Shown here: piece by piece, positions 53,061 through 63,776 of the stretch | Layout: each line of letters starts with the position of its first letter | Position numbering within the stretch: position 1 is the first letter of the stretch | Origin: Cyanophyceae cyanobacterium | GTDB taxonomy: Bacteria > Cyanobacteriota > Cyanobacteriia > Cyanobacteriales > JBHJGN01 | NCBI GenBank assembly: GCA_050331735.1 | Contig: JBHJGN010000031.1 | Location: forward strand, 32,001 to 96,000 | Direction: 5' to 3' | DNA length: 64,000 nt | Position numbers and translations under genes: made by a program | The notes under the pieces: model-generated | Databases searched by the model: none | What the model was told of the DNA's origin: nothing | Seen by the model: only the letters and a program-made list of their open reading frames with translations

Positions 53061-53326
53061 TGGCTGAGCATTATTCTGACAAACAGTCAAAGTTAGCAAA
53101 GCTTGCTCGACAGTCTAGTTTTTTAGACTTGACAACAAAAATTTTTTTCAACCGAATATGAGTAGAAAAAGCGAACAGCAGACCTAGTTTGCCTATATTA
53201 ACGTAAGTTTGGGTTAAGGCTCCCTTGCCACCTATTCCCCGAAGGAAGAAGAGGGACAGACAACGAGAGAAAAAGGGGGTCCGCTACTCCCGAACTCAGA
53301 AGTAGAACGCGCTCAAGCTATTGAGA

Positions 53327-54526
53327 TCAACGACAGTATTTTTCTACACACCGCACAAACATTTCTACCCCCATGCCGAGGGCCGTTTCGTCAAAGTCGA
53401 AGCGGGGATGATGATGGGGATAGTCTAAACCTCTTTCGGGATTAGCCGCTCCAACGAAGAAATAACAGCCCGGAACTTTCTGAAGAAAGAAAGACATATC
53501 TTCCCCTCCCATTGTCTGGCACTCTGGGACTACTCCCGCCGGAGTTTCGACGACTTCATCCGCCACAGAACGAACCAAGTCGGCCATGCGAGCATCATTA
53601 ATGGTGGGGGGATACAGTTGCCAGTAGTCTAACTCGTACTTGGCCCCGTGACTTTGACAAACTCCAGCGATAATTTGCTCAATGCGATCGCTAAAATATC
53701 CCGCTAATTCTGGCTTGAAATAGCGCACAGTTCCGCTCATTCTCGCAGTATCGGCAATGACGTTGAGTGCCGTTCCGGCATGGAGTTCTCCGACTGTCAC
53801 CACCGCCGAGTCAATCGGGTTAACGTTGCGAGCGACAACGGTTTGCAGAGCGTTAACCACCTGAGCACTCAACACCACAGAATCGATGGTCTGGTGGGGC
53901 ATCGCCCCGTGCCCTCCCTTGCCCAACAGCGTACAGCGAAAACACTCCACCGCCGCCATCAACGCTCCACTCCGAACGCCCACTGTCCCAAGGGGCAGAT
54001 TATTCCATAGGTGCAATCCAATAATAGCATCAACATCAGGATGGCTCAGCACCCCGGCTTCAATCATCGGTTTGGCCCCGCCCGGCCCTTCTTCGGCTGG
54101 TTGAAAAATGATTTTAACGGTGCCATGAAAATCTTGCCGATGCTGGGAAAGGTAGTAAGCTGTTCCGAGAGCGATCGCTGTATGGCCATCGTGCCCGCAG
54201 GCGTGCATCACGCCATCGTGCTGGGAGCGGTAAGAAACCTCGTTTTCTTCTTGAATGGGCAGGGCATCCATATCAGCGCGAATTGCCAATACTGGACCTG
54301 GCCCCCCACAGATGACGGCAGTGATTCCGGTTTTAGCAATGCCTGACTGATGCTCAATGCCCCATTCCTGTAGCTTCTCGGCGACAAACTGCGCCGTTTG
54401 GTGTTCTTGAAATCCCAATTCTGGACGCTGGTGCAGCCGTCGTCGCCAGACTACGAGTTGAGATTGTAAGGCCTGTACTTCTGCTCGGACGTGAGCATTG
54501 ATGTTCGCTATGGGAGTAGAAAGCAT
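53327..54526 (-). CDS. M20 family amidohydrolase (N-acyl-L-amino acid amidohydrolase-like)
   Basis: RADMDALP, MHACGHDGH, FQPAEE, GGHGA.PH, EDM, HHPRF. Confidence 0.93.
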   Translation of the reverse strand: MLSTPIANINAHVRAEVQALQSQLVVWRRRLHQRPELGFQEHQTAQFVAEKLQEWGIEHQSGIAKTGITAVICGGPGPVLAIRADMDALPIQEENEVSYRSQHDGVMHACGHDGHTAIALGTAYYLSQHRQDFHGTVKIIFQPAEEGPGGAKPMIEAGVLSHPDVDAIIGLHLWNNLPLGTVGVRSGALMAAVECFRCTLLGKGGHGAMPHQTIDSVVLSAQVVNALQTVVARNVNPIDSAVVTVGELHAGTALNVIADTARMSGTVRYFKPELAGYFSDRIEQIIAGVCQSHGAKYELDYWQLYPPTINDARMADLVRSVADEVVETPAGVVPECQTMGGEDMSFFLQKVPGCYFFVGAANPERGLDYPHHHPRFDFDETALGMGVEMFVRCVEKYCR

Positions 54527-54812
54527 GTTGGCTAATGGAGCTAATTGTTGATTTAACCGTTGATGTCTTGAGAGTGCTTACTCCCCTAAACTACAGATGG
54601 GCTCTGTCTAGAGAGAGAGCAGACTTCCAGCATCGGATCGCAAAACTTGACCCGCTGCTGTTACTTTTAGGCAAATTTAGGGAACGCTACAACTGTATTC
54701 CAGTTTATCGAAAGATCGTGGCGCTCTGCTGTTTGGGCCATAATTGGGCTTCATCGCGAGCCCAATACCGTTTGTCAGCGCCGGAGATCGCGTTTCCCCC
54801 AAGAGCTAAACC

Positions 54813-56159
54813 GTGAATTTTATCCAATCGCAGCAACTGCAGATCAACAACGTTAAGCTACCAAATCGGTTAGCTTTACCGGGTCATTTCGAGCACATTC
54901 TACAGAAAACCAAGACGAGAGAGGCCAAAAAAAGCACTTTAGCGCTGATCCCGGTTTTCTACATTAACTTAGACCGCTTTAGCCGGATTAACAACACGTT
55001 TGGCAACCGGGTTGGGGATGATGTGCTGCGGACTCTGGCGCAACGGTTGCTTACCGGCCTTCGTCCTCACGAAACCCTGGCTTATCTAAGCGCCAACGAG
55101 TTTGCTGTTGTTTGCGCCGCTGCCCCTCACGTACAAGCCGTCACTAAACGAGCGCAAACTTTTCTTGACTGTATCAGCCAACCCATCGAGATTGAGCAAC
55201 AAGACCTGTTTATCACCGCTAGTGTTGGTGTTGCCCTCTATCCGAGCGATGGTTTAACGATCGAGCGGCTTTTACAGCAGGCGAATAAAGCCATGCTCTC
55301 TGCCAAACAGCAAGGAGGCAATCAGTATCGCTTCTATACCAGTGCTGATAAAATTACCCTGATTAGCTCCAACAGCCTGACCTTAGAAGCAGATTTACGA
55401 CACGCCTTAGAAAGGGAAGAATTTGAGCTTTACTACCAGCCCCAGATCAATTTGAGAACAGAAAAAATTACCGGGGCCGAAGCCCTGTTGCGGTGGAATC
55501 ATCCTCAGCGAGAAAACATTTCTCCCGCGACCTTTATTCCCATTGCTGAAGAGAGTGGTTTAGTAGAACCGATTGGAGAATGGACTTTGCACCGGGCTTG
55601 TCAGCAAACGTTCCGGTGGCATCAGGCCGGATTTAACGACTTTCACATGGCGGTTAATCTGTCAGGACGGCAATTTAAGCAGCTTAATTTACATCAGAAT
55701 TTGATTAAAATTCTCATGCAGGCTCGCCTCAATCCCCGATTTTTGAAACTAGAGTTGACCGAAAGCATTTTGATTGAGAACGCCACCGAAAATTTGCATA
55801 AGCTTAATTTACTGAAGTCCCTCGGCTTCCAGATTGCTATCGATGATTTTGGCACCGGGTATTCTTCTTTTAGCTATCTCAAGCAGTTTCCTTTTGATAT
55901 TTTGAAAATCGACCGCTGCTTTATTCAAAATATTCATCAAGATGCGGTTAATGCCGCGATTACGACAGCCATTATTTCAATGGCCCATCAGCTTGACCTC
56001 AAGGTAATTGCTGAAGGAGTCGAAAACCAAGCAGAACTGGAATTTTTGCAGCAGCAGCAATGCGATGAAGTACAGGGCTACTTTGTTGGCCCTCCGTTAC
56101 CCCAGGAGGAGTTTGAAGAGCTGTTGGCCAACAACCTCAAATCGCCAGTGGAGCCGTAA
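54813..56159 (+). CDS. Degenerate GGDEF plus EAL c-di-GMP phosphodiesterase
   Basis: SANEF at the GGDEF position; EALLR, ELTE, DDFGTGYSS, KID, EGVE, QG intact. Confidence 0.9.
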   Translation: MNFIQSQQLQINNVKLPNRLALPGHFEHILQKTKTREAKKSTLALIPVFYINLDRFSRINNTFGNRVGDDVLRTLAQRLLTGLRPHETLAYLSANEFAVVCAAAPHVQAVTKRAQTFLDCISQPIEIEQQDLFITASVGVALYPSDGLTIERLLQQANKAMLSAKQQGGNQYRFYTSADKITLISSNSLTLEADLRHALEREEFELYYQPQINLRTEKITGAEALLRWNHPQRENISPATFIPIAEESGLVEPIGEWTLHRACQQTFRWHQAGFNDFHMAVNLSGRQFKQLNLHQNLIKILMQARLNPRFLKLELTESILIENATENLHKLNLLKSLGFQIAIDDFGTGYSSFSYLKQFPFDILKIDRCFIQNIHQDAVNAAITTAIISMAHQLDLKVIAEGVENQAELEFLQQQQCDEVQGYFVGPPLPQEEFEELLANNLKSPVEP

Positions 56160-59100
56160 TGATGTCGCAGCCCCCTAGCTGTTGCCCGCTTCAGGCACAG
56201 TGGCAGCAGCGCATTATTCAACTAGAGCAGGAGAACCACCAGCAGCAGGAGCGCGATCGCCTGTTGACGACGATAACAGCAACAATTCGTCGCTCTGCAA
56301 CGCTCGCTTCTGTCTTCCAGCAGGCGTTGCAGGTACAGCCACTCCTTCAGGTTGACCAAGCGATGCTGATTCAGCGACACCCCACTGGCAGCAGCGTTGT
56401 GGCAGCATCGGGTCGCACTTTGGCAGGGTCAGACGTTGGCGAAGTGTTTTGTCGAGGCGACTGGAAGCCGTTTACGGTCGATGTCGATACCGACGCTGGC
56501 GATTCCCGAGACAGAGTGCAGCAGTGGCAGGTACAGACCCTGCTGGCGGTACCGATCGTTTCTTGGGGATGGCTCGCCGTTCTTCATCAGCAGCCGCGGC
56601 AGTGGTCGGCAGACATTGACCTGCTTGAACGGGTCGCAACCCTCCTAGAGATCGCCGTTGAACAGAGCCGCGCTCGACGCTCATATCCAGGAGGGCTGGA
56701 CTGTCATCTGCCCCCCCAATGGCCTCTAGAACTCCAGTGCTCCACCAGTGGAGGCTTCGAGTTGCTTCAGGCTCAGGCCCGACAAGCTGAGCTTCAAGAA
56801 GTGCGCCAGCTTTTGTACAAGGAAATTGAGCTGCGCCAGCAGGCAGAGGAAGCTCTGATGCAGGAGCGAAAGCTCACCCAGGCCGTTTTAGAGATCGCTG
56901 CTCTGTGCGTGATGGTTCTTGATACTCAAGGTCGGATTCTCTATTTTAATCCAGCCTGCGAACGCATTACCGGCTACTGCTTGAGGGAAGTTGAGGGACA
57001 ACCCTGGTGGGAATTTGTGCTCCCTGAAGAAGTAGCGGCGAGTCGAGCTGCATTTCGGCGGTTCGATACCGAGCAGTACCGCACCTGCTGGGTTGCTAAG
57101 GACGGTAGCCATCGTCAGATTTTGTGGTCTAACACGGTGGTGTTGAACCACGGAGAGAGCGAGCACGTCATCAGCACCGGCATTGACGTAACTGAATATC
57201 AACAGGTAGAAGCCGAACTGAGAGTGCGGGCCAGCCAACAAGCCGCCATCGCTCAACTCGGTCAGCAGGCCCTCGCCGAACCCAACTTAGAGGGGTTCAT
57301 GGCTGACGCGACCGCTTTGGTCGCTCGGACCCTAGACATTCAGTATGCGCGTATCTTAGAACTGCTGCCCCATCAAGGTGAACTCCGTGCAGCAGCCACC
57401 TATGGGTGGGAAGAGGACGTGCCGACGGTTCGTGCCGATCGAGAATCTCAGGCAGGCTATGCTTTCATGCTGTCTGAAACCGTGGTAATTGAGGATCTGC
57501 GCCGGGAAACCCGATTTTATAAATCACCTTTTTTGCGGAAAAAAGGGGCCATCAGCGGCATGAGCGTCGTTATTAGAGGAAAAGATGAACCCTACGGCAT
57601 CTTAGATGCCTACTCTACCCGTCAGCGGCAGTTTAGCCAAGATGACGCGAATTTCATTCAGGCGATCGCCAATGTTATTGCCACCGCTGTTGAGCGGCAA
57701 CGGACTGAAGCAGAACTCAACCGCTTCTTCAATTTGTCCTTAGATATGTTCTGCATTGCCGGAACGGATGGTTATTTTAAGCGAATCAACCCGCGTTTTG
57801 AAGACCTTGGCTATAGCGAGATAGAATTGTTATCCACCTCGTTTCTCGATTTTGTTCACCTCGAAGACATTCAGGCTACCCTAGAGCAACTCGAAACCCT
57901 TGCCCTCGGTCAGGCAGTCCCCAAGTTTGAGAATCGCTACCGCTGTCGAGATGGATCTTACCGCTGGCTTTCCTGGACTAGTATTCCCTATAGCGATCGC
58001 CTCTTCTGCGCTGTAGCGCGAGACGTGACCGAATCAAAACGCCTCGAAGATGCCCTGAGAAATTTGGCAGCCGGGATTCCTGCGACCGATGGAGAAGCGT
58101 TCTTTCAGTCGCTGGTGCAGTATTTGGCCCAATCTCTAAACACAGAGTACGCTTTTGTCGGAGAACTCGCTCAGCCAGACCAGATTCGGACCGTCGCTGT
58201 GTGTGCCGATGGGGCAATGGTCACCAACTTTGCCTACGACCTACCCGATACTCCCTGCCAAGGAGTTGTGCGAGGACAAATATGCCTATACCCCAACCGC
58301 GTCCAGCAACGGTTTCCGCAAGACGAGCTGCTCGCGGCGATGCAGGCAGAAAGCTATGTGGGGGCTCCCCTCACTGGCTCGACGGGAAAAGTTCTCGGCT
58401 TAATTGCGGTGCTGAGTCGCAAGCCCCTGCGCGATCTGGCTTTGATCGAGGAAATTCTGCATCTGTTTGCTGTCCGGGCGGGGGCAGAACTAGAGCGGCG
58501 ACAGGCAGAGACAGCGCTGCGCAACAGTGAAGAAAAGTTTCGCCAGCTTGCCGAACACATTCGCGAAGTTTTCTTTATTATCTCCACCGAGACTGATCAA
58601 TTTCTCTATATCAGCCCGACCTTCAAGCAAATTTGGGGGGTTCCTTGCGAAATTCTCTATCAGCAGCCTCACCTGTGGTACGAGTGCGTTTATCCAGAAG
58701 ACCGCGATCGCCTTGCAGCCATCCTTACAGGACAACCCGAAAGCGCGAGTTTAGAGTACCGCATCTACCGAACCAACGGGGAAACGGGCTGGATTAGCAT
58801 GCGCACTTTTCCGGTGGCTGACGAGTCAGGACACATTTACCGCCTAGTGGGCATTGCTGAAGATATTACCGAACGCAAGCGCTCCGCTTCGGCTCTCATT
58901 AAGCGGGAACGCTACTTAGCTGCGCTGGTAGAAATCCAGAACTGCTTACTAGGGGGCGATCCGACCAACTTCTACAGCGATATTCTCGAGATTTTAGGAC
59001 AGTGTGCTGAGGTAAGCTGCGTTTACTGGTTTGAAAATTATCGAGATTTGCGAGGCCAGTGTGTCTCTAGTCAAAAAGCGGAATGGTGTGCGCCCGAAGT

Positions 59101-61738
59101 TACTTGCCGTCTAAGGACTCAAAAATTAACCAATCTGCCTTTAGAAGAAGAGCTCGCGCCTCTCTATCAGCAGTTGTCTCACGGAAAGACGGTCGCCGGT
59201 TTGGTCCCAGATACGCCAGCCACACAAAGCTTGCAAAAACTCCAGCCTGATACAGTTTCTGTCCTTGTCTTACCCATTTCAATCAAAGGAGAATTCTGCG
59301 GCTGGATTGGCTTCGATGAATGTCGAGAGGAGCGCACCTGGGATTCACTAGATATCGATCTGCTCAGTTCCGCCGCTTCGGCGATCGCCCTTCAGCAGGA
59401 ACGCCAGCGCTCAGAGGTGCTGACCCGCCAGAGTGAAGAACGGTTTCGCAGTACGTTTGAGCAAGCCGCCGTGGGCATTGCTCACGTCGGGGTTAACGGT
59501 CGCTGGCTGCGGGTCAATCAGAAGCTGTGCGATATTCTGGGCTACGATCGAGAGGAATTATTAACGCTCACGTTCCAAGACCTGACCCATGCAGACGATC
59601 TGGTAGAAGACCTCCACCTCCACCAGCAGATCCTGACTGGCACAATCACCACCTACTCTCTCGAAAAACGCTATATCCACAAGGATGACTACTCCGTGTG
59701 GATTAATCTCACGGTGTCTCTGGTGCGGGAGGAAACTGGCGAGCCAAAGTACTTTATCGCTGTTGTTGAAGAAATCAGCGATCGCAAGCAAGCTGAAACC
59801 GCCCTCCAAGCCAGCGAACGACGCTACGCAACCTTGGTTCAGGCGGTGCCAGTGGGTATTTTTCGCACCGATGCTCAGGGAAATTGCATCTATGTCAACG
59901 AACAAGCCAGAGAAATTGCTGGCTGTCACCAAATCAATCGGCGGGATAGCTGGGGAATCACGTGCGACCAGCCAGTGCATCCCAACGATCAAGAGCGAGT
60001 GCTGTCCCAATGGTCCCAATCGTTACACAATCAACTCCCGTTTAGCTGCGAGTATCGCTTGCTCCAGGCCGATAACTCTACTGTCTGGGTGTATGTGCAG
60101 GCTCTGCCAGAAATTAGCGATGCCGGGTTAGTCGGCTACGTGGGCACCATTACCGACGTGAGCCCGCGCAAACAGGCAGAACAAGGCCTTCAGCAGCTTA
60201 ACGAACAGCTAGAGGTCCGCGTCGAGCAGCGCACAGCAGAACTCCAGGCCGCAACCACGCGTCTGGCTTCTCTTATTGAAGCGCTTCAGGTAGGAGTTGT
60301 GGTTCAGGACGAACACGAACTCGTCGTCTTAATTAACCAGGCTTTTTGCGACATCTTTAAGTTTCCGGTCGTGTCTCCAGCGCTGATTGGAGCCGATTTT
60401 GCCGATTTTGCTCAAGACTACCAGCATTACTTTGCCGCTCCGGCTCAGTTTCAGCAACGCTATTGTGAAATTCGCGATCACCAGCAGCCAGTGAGCAGTG
60501 AGGAAATCCAGACCGTAGATGGACGCATCTTTGAACGAGATTACGTCCCCATCTTTATTAACCAGCGTTTCTCCGGCAACCTCTGGATGTACCGAGATGT
60601 CACCGAACGGAAACAGGCTGAAAAAGCCATCCGTAAAAGCGAAGCTCGGTTTCGAGCCATGTTTGAACAGGCGGCGGTGGGGATTGTACAGTTCCAATTA
60701 GATGGTCGCATTAGCAGGCTCAATCAGAAGTTCTGCGAAATTGTCGGCTATTCAGAAGCAGAATTGGTGGCGAAAACCTGTACAGAGATTATCTATCAAG
60801 CGGATGTTGAGCAGTATCAGCGCCAAATCCAATATTTACTGGCAGGTGAGCGAGAAACCTTTTCCCTAGAACAGCGCTACGTTTGTAAGGCTCACAAGCT
60901 CGTTTGGGTGAACCTCACGGCTTCCTTGGTTTATGAAAATTCCCAGGCCGATTATTTTTTGGGGGTCGTTGAAGACATTAGCGATCGCAAACGGGCCGAA
61001 GCGGAAGTCCTTAAGACGCTGCAAAAGGAAAAAGAACTCGGCGAACTTAAATCCCGCTTTGTGTCGATGACCTCCCACGAATTTCGCACTCCTCTGGCCG
61101 TCATTTCCTCATCAGCCGGTCTGTTGCAGGACTATGGCGATCGCCTCCAGCCCCACAAAAGACAGAAACATCTCAACCGCATTCAAACATCTGTTCAGCA
61201 CATGACCCAGCTTCTCAACGATGTCCTCACAGTTAATCAGGCAGAAGTTAATCAGTTAGAAATTGAACCGACTCCGGTTGAGCTAGTCGAGTTTTGCCAG
61301 AACCTCACCGAGGAACTACAATCGAGCTTCTCAAGCCATACTCTACTCTTCACGGCTCATGTCGACTCCGCTAGCCACAACCAAATTCAGGCGTACGTGG
61401 ATCGCAAACTGCTGCGGCAAATTTTGAACAATCTTCTGTCCAACGCCGCCAAATACTCCCCCAACAGCGACAAAATCTATTTTGACATTTTTGCCCAAGA
61501 GCAGGTTGTTCTTAAAATTCGCGACCAAGGCATTGGCATTCCGCTTGAAGACCAGCAGCACTTGTTTGAATCTTTTCACCGAGCCAAGAATGTCGGCAAC
61601 ATTTCTGGGACTGGTCTGGGCCTCGTCATTGTCAAAAAATGCGTAGAGCTCCACCGAGGTAAAATCACCATAGACAGCCAGGTAGACATCGGTACAACTG
61701 TCACCGTTACCTTACCCCTAAACTCAAATACCTGTTAA
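56159..61738 (+). CDS. Multi-sensor histidine kinase (4 GAF, 7 PAS/PAC, HisKA, HATPase)
   Basis: Repeated PAS ends (D[IV]TE/ISDRK); H-box SHEFRTPL; N, G1 (DQGIG), F and G2 (GTGLGL) boxes. Confidence 0.93.
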   Translation: MMSQPPSCCPLQAQWQQRIIQLEQENHQQQERDRLLTTITATIRRSATLASVFQQALQVQPLLQVDQAMLIQRHPTGSSVVAASGRTLAGSDVGEVFCRGDWKPFTVDVDTDAGDSRDRVQQWQVQTLLAVPIVSWGWLAVLHQQPRQWSADIDLLERVATLLEIAVEQSRARRSYPGGLDCHLPPQWPLELQCSTSGGFELLQAQARQAELQEVRQLLYKEIELRQQAEEALMQERKLTQAVLEIAALCVMVLDTQGRILYFNPACERITGYCLREVEGQPWWEFVLPEEVAASRAAFRRFDTEQYRTCWVAKDGSHRQILWSNTVVLNHGESEHVISTGIDVTEYQQVEAELRVRASQQAAIAQLGQQALAEPNLEGFMADATALVARTLDIQYARILELLPHQGELRAAATYGWEEDVPTVRADRESQAGYAFMLSETVVIEDLRRETRFYKSPFLRKKGAISGMSVVIRGKDEPYGILDAYSTRQRQFSQDDANFIQAIANVIATAVERQRTEAELNRFFNLSLDMFCIAGTDGYFKRINPRFEDLGYSEIELLSTSFLDFVHLEDIQATLEQLETLALGQAVPKFENRYRCRDGSYRWLSWTSIPYSDRLFCAVARDVTESKRLEDALRNLAAGIPATDGEAFFQSLVQYLAQSLNTEYAFVGELAQPDQIRTVAVCADGAMVTNFAYDLPDTPCQGVVRGQICLYPNRVQQRFPQDELLAAMQAESYVGAPLTGSTGKVLGLIAVLSRKPLRDLALIEEILHLFAVRAGAELERRQAETALRNSEEKFRQLAEHIREVFFIISTETDQFLYISPTFKQIWGVPCEILYQQPHLWYECVYPEDRDRLAAILTGQPESASLEYRIYRTNGETGWISMRTFPVADESGHIYRLVGIAEDITERKRSASALIKRERYLAALVEIQNCLLGGDPTNFYSDILEILGQCAEVSCVYWFENYRDLRGQCVSSQKAEWCAPEVTCRLRTQKLTNLPLEEELAPLYQQLSHGKTVAGLVPDTPATQSLQKLQPDTVSVLVLPISIKGEFCGWIGFDECREERTWDSLDIDLLSSAASAIALQQERQRSEVLTRQSEERFRSTFEQAAVGIAHVGVNGRWLRVNQKLCDILGYDREELLTLTFQDLTHADDLVEDLHLHQQILTGTITTYSLEKRYIHKDDYSVWINLTVSLVREETGEPKYFIAVVEEISDRKQAETALQASERRYATLVQAVPVGIFRTDAQGNCIYVNEQAREIAGCHQINRRDSWGITCDQPVHPNDQERVLSQWSQSLHNQLPFSCEYRLLQADNSTVWVYVQALPEISDAGLVGYVGTITDVSPRKQAEQGLQQLNEQLEVRVEQRTAELQAATTRLASLIEALQVGVVVQDEHELVVLINQAFCDIFKFPVVSPALIGADFADFAQDYQHYFAAPAQFQQRYCEIRDHQQPVSSEEIQTVDGRIFERDYVPIFINQRFSGNLWMYRDVTERKQAEKAIRKSEARFRAMFEQAAVGIVQFQLDGRISRLNQKFCEIVGYSEAELVAKTCTEIIYQADVEQYQRQIQYLLAGERETFSLEQRYVCKAHKLVWVNLTASLVYENSQADYFLGVVEDISDRKRAEAEVLKTLQKEKELGELKSRFVSMTSHEFRTPLAVISSSAGLLQDYGDRLQPHKRQKHLNRIQTSVQHMTQLLNDVLTVNQAEVNQLEIEPTPVELVEFCQNLTEELQSSFSSHTLLFTAHVDSASHNQIQAYVDRKLLRQILNNLLSNAAKYSPNSDKIYFDIFAQEQVVLKIRDQGIGIPLEDQQHLFESFHRAKNVGNISGTGLGLVIVKKCVELHRGKITIDSQVDIGTTVTVTLPLNSNTC

Positions 61739-62010
61739 TGCCGTTCTAAATTGAGCGGAGAAGGCAAAAAGACTGTTTTCCCTGACAGTCAACTGACGAC
61801 CGCTCCCCCCATTTTCTCCTTAATTCCCCCTAGCTACTTAACGGCTCCCTGCTCCCATTCCTCAAAAAAAATCATCTCCCTTGTTAAATTCAGCCAAATT
61901 TTGGGAACGATTAGTTTGTCTGTCTTGCCCAAAGACTTGCGTAACGACAAGCTCCAGAGGTGAAAGGTTTGCATCGTTCAGTCGTCACTTCCTTTGCTCA
62001 TGAAACCAAA

Positions 62011-63732
62011 ATGAAGAGAATTTTAGTTATTGAGGACGATACTCAAGTGCGAGAAAACATTGAAGAACTTCTCGAGCTTGAGAATTTTGAGCCGATTACA
62101 GCAGAAAATGGTCTCATTGGTTTAGTATTGGCGGCTGAGCAATTGCCTGACCTAATTATTTGCGATGTCATGATGCCGAAACTGGATGGCTATAGTGTCC
62201 TCCAGGCTTTGAGACAGAACCCGTCAACGGCTGCTATTCCCTTCGTTTTTTTGACGGCCAAAGCCGAACGCAGCGATCTGCGCCAGGGAATGAATCTAGG
62301 AGCTGATGACTACCTCACCAAACCTTTTACGCCTGATGAGCTGCGTCAGGTGGTGACGATGCGCCTGTCAAGGCAAGCAACCATTACTCACAATTATCAA
62401 CAGCAGCTTCAGCAGCTTACAGCCGGACTCGATCGCGTCGCTCGCACCGATCAGTTAACGGGTTTACCCAATCAACTTCATCTACACGAGCGTTTTCAAA
62501 AGCTCCGTCTGAACGACAGTCACAGTTACTCTATTCTTGTCATTAGTCTCGATCAGTTTCACTGGCTGCGCAGTACGATCGGACACTGTTTTATCGAATC
62601 TTTGTTAAAGAGCGTTGGTGAACGATTGAAGCACTACAGTCAACATACTTTATTGATTGATACTCTCGCCTATGATGGTGCCGATCAGTTTAGTATTCTG
62701 CTCAATCCCGTCGAGAAGGAAGGGACCATTCAAATAGCTCAGGCCATTAATCAGCTTTGCCTAGAGCCATTTTTCCTTCAGGAGAGGGAAGTTTTTATTA
62801 CCGTCAGCATCGGGATTGTCTGGAACTGTCACAGTCCCTTTCTCGACCGAGGCATTGCAAATGCCGAAATTGCTATGCACCACATTAAGCGGCAGGGGGG
62901 CAATGGGTATCGGGTCTACACCGATCAGATGAAAATTAATGCTTCTGAGCGCCTGACTTTAGAAGCCGGACTACGTCACGCCCTAGAGTCTGAGCAGCTC
63001 CAGGTATACTATCAGCCTCAAGTGGAGCTGCTGTCTGGAACCGTCATTGGGGCAGAGGCTTTAGCGCGCTGGCAGCATCCAGAATTAGGATTTGTTTCCC
63101 CCGGTAAATTTATTCCCATTGCTGAAGAAACGGGTTTAATCGTTCCTCTTGGAGAGTGGATTTTACAGACTGCCTGCCATCAAGTCAAGGCCTGGCAAGA
63201 GCTTAATGGTCTACAGCTAGCCGTTAACTTGTCTGCTCGCCAGTTCAATCAAGCCAATCTGATTCAACGGTTAATTGCGATTCTGACAACAACTAACTTC
63301 CCGCCAAGCCGCCTGGAATTAGAAATTACCGAAAGTATTCTCATGCAGGATAAAAAAACAGCGCTTGAGATTCTGCTTCAGCTTAGAGAGCTGAAAGTTA
63401 ATATTTCTATTGATGATTTTGGCACTGGCTACTCTTCGCTGAGCTATCTGCAACATTTTCCCTGCAACCGCTTGAAAATCGATCAGTCTTTTGTTCGTAA
63501 CATTGTCAATAACAAAAATAACATGGCCATTATCACCGCAGTTATTTCTATGGCTCATAACTTAAACCTGCAAGTGACGGGAGAAGGCGTTGAAACTGAA
63601 GACGAACTAGCGTTTCTACGTCAGCAAAAATGTAACTCCTTTCAAGGCTATCTTTTCAGCAAGCCGCTACCAGCCGACGAGTTTGAAGTGCTCATTCGGC
63701 AAGAAGCAAGCAAAAAGCATTCCGAAAGCTAG
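62011..63732 (+). CDS. Response regulator, REC plus degenerate GGDEF plus EAL
   Basis: IEDD...CDVMMP...KP receiver; GADQF at the GGDEF position; EALAR, DDFGTGYSS, EGVE intact. Confidence 0.92.
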   Translation: MKRILVIEDDTQVRENIEELLELENFEPITAENGLIGLVLAAEQLPDLIICDVMMPKLDGYSVLQALRQNPSTAAIPFVFLTAKAERSDLRQGMNLGADDYLTKPFTPDELRQVVTMRLSRQATITHNYQQQLQQLTAGLDRVARTDQLTGLPNQLHLHERFQKLRLNDSHSYSILVISLDQFHWLRSTIGHCFIESLLKSVGERLKHYSQHTLLIDTLAYDGADQFSILLNPVEKEGTIQIAQAINQLCLEPFFLQEREVFITVSIGIVWNCHSPFLDRGIANAEIAMHHIKRQGGNGYRVYTDQMKINASERLTLEAGLRHALESEQLQVYYQPQVELLSGTVIGAEALARWQHPELGFVSPGKFIPIAEETGLIVPLGEWILQTACHQVKAWQELNGLQLAVNLSARQFNQANLIQRLIAILTTTNFPPSRLELEITESILMQDKKTALEILLQLRELKVNISIDDFGTGYSSLSYLQHFPCNRLKIDQSFVRNIVNNKNNMAIITAVISMAHNLNLQVTGEGVETEDELAFLRQQKCNSFQGYLFSKPLPADEFEVLIRQEASKKHSES

Positions 63733-63776
63733 GAAATTATTTGCTAAGACAAACAGCCAAAAAAGAGAGACTTACT

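Noticed and set aside
54535..54816. 93-aa ORF upstream of the first EAL gene
   Set aside because: Fills the divergent promoter region, has no motif and is probably spurious
61739..62010. Possible c-di-GMP riboswitch between the kinase and the REC-EAL gene
   Set aside because: No recognisable c-di-GMP-I/II consensus
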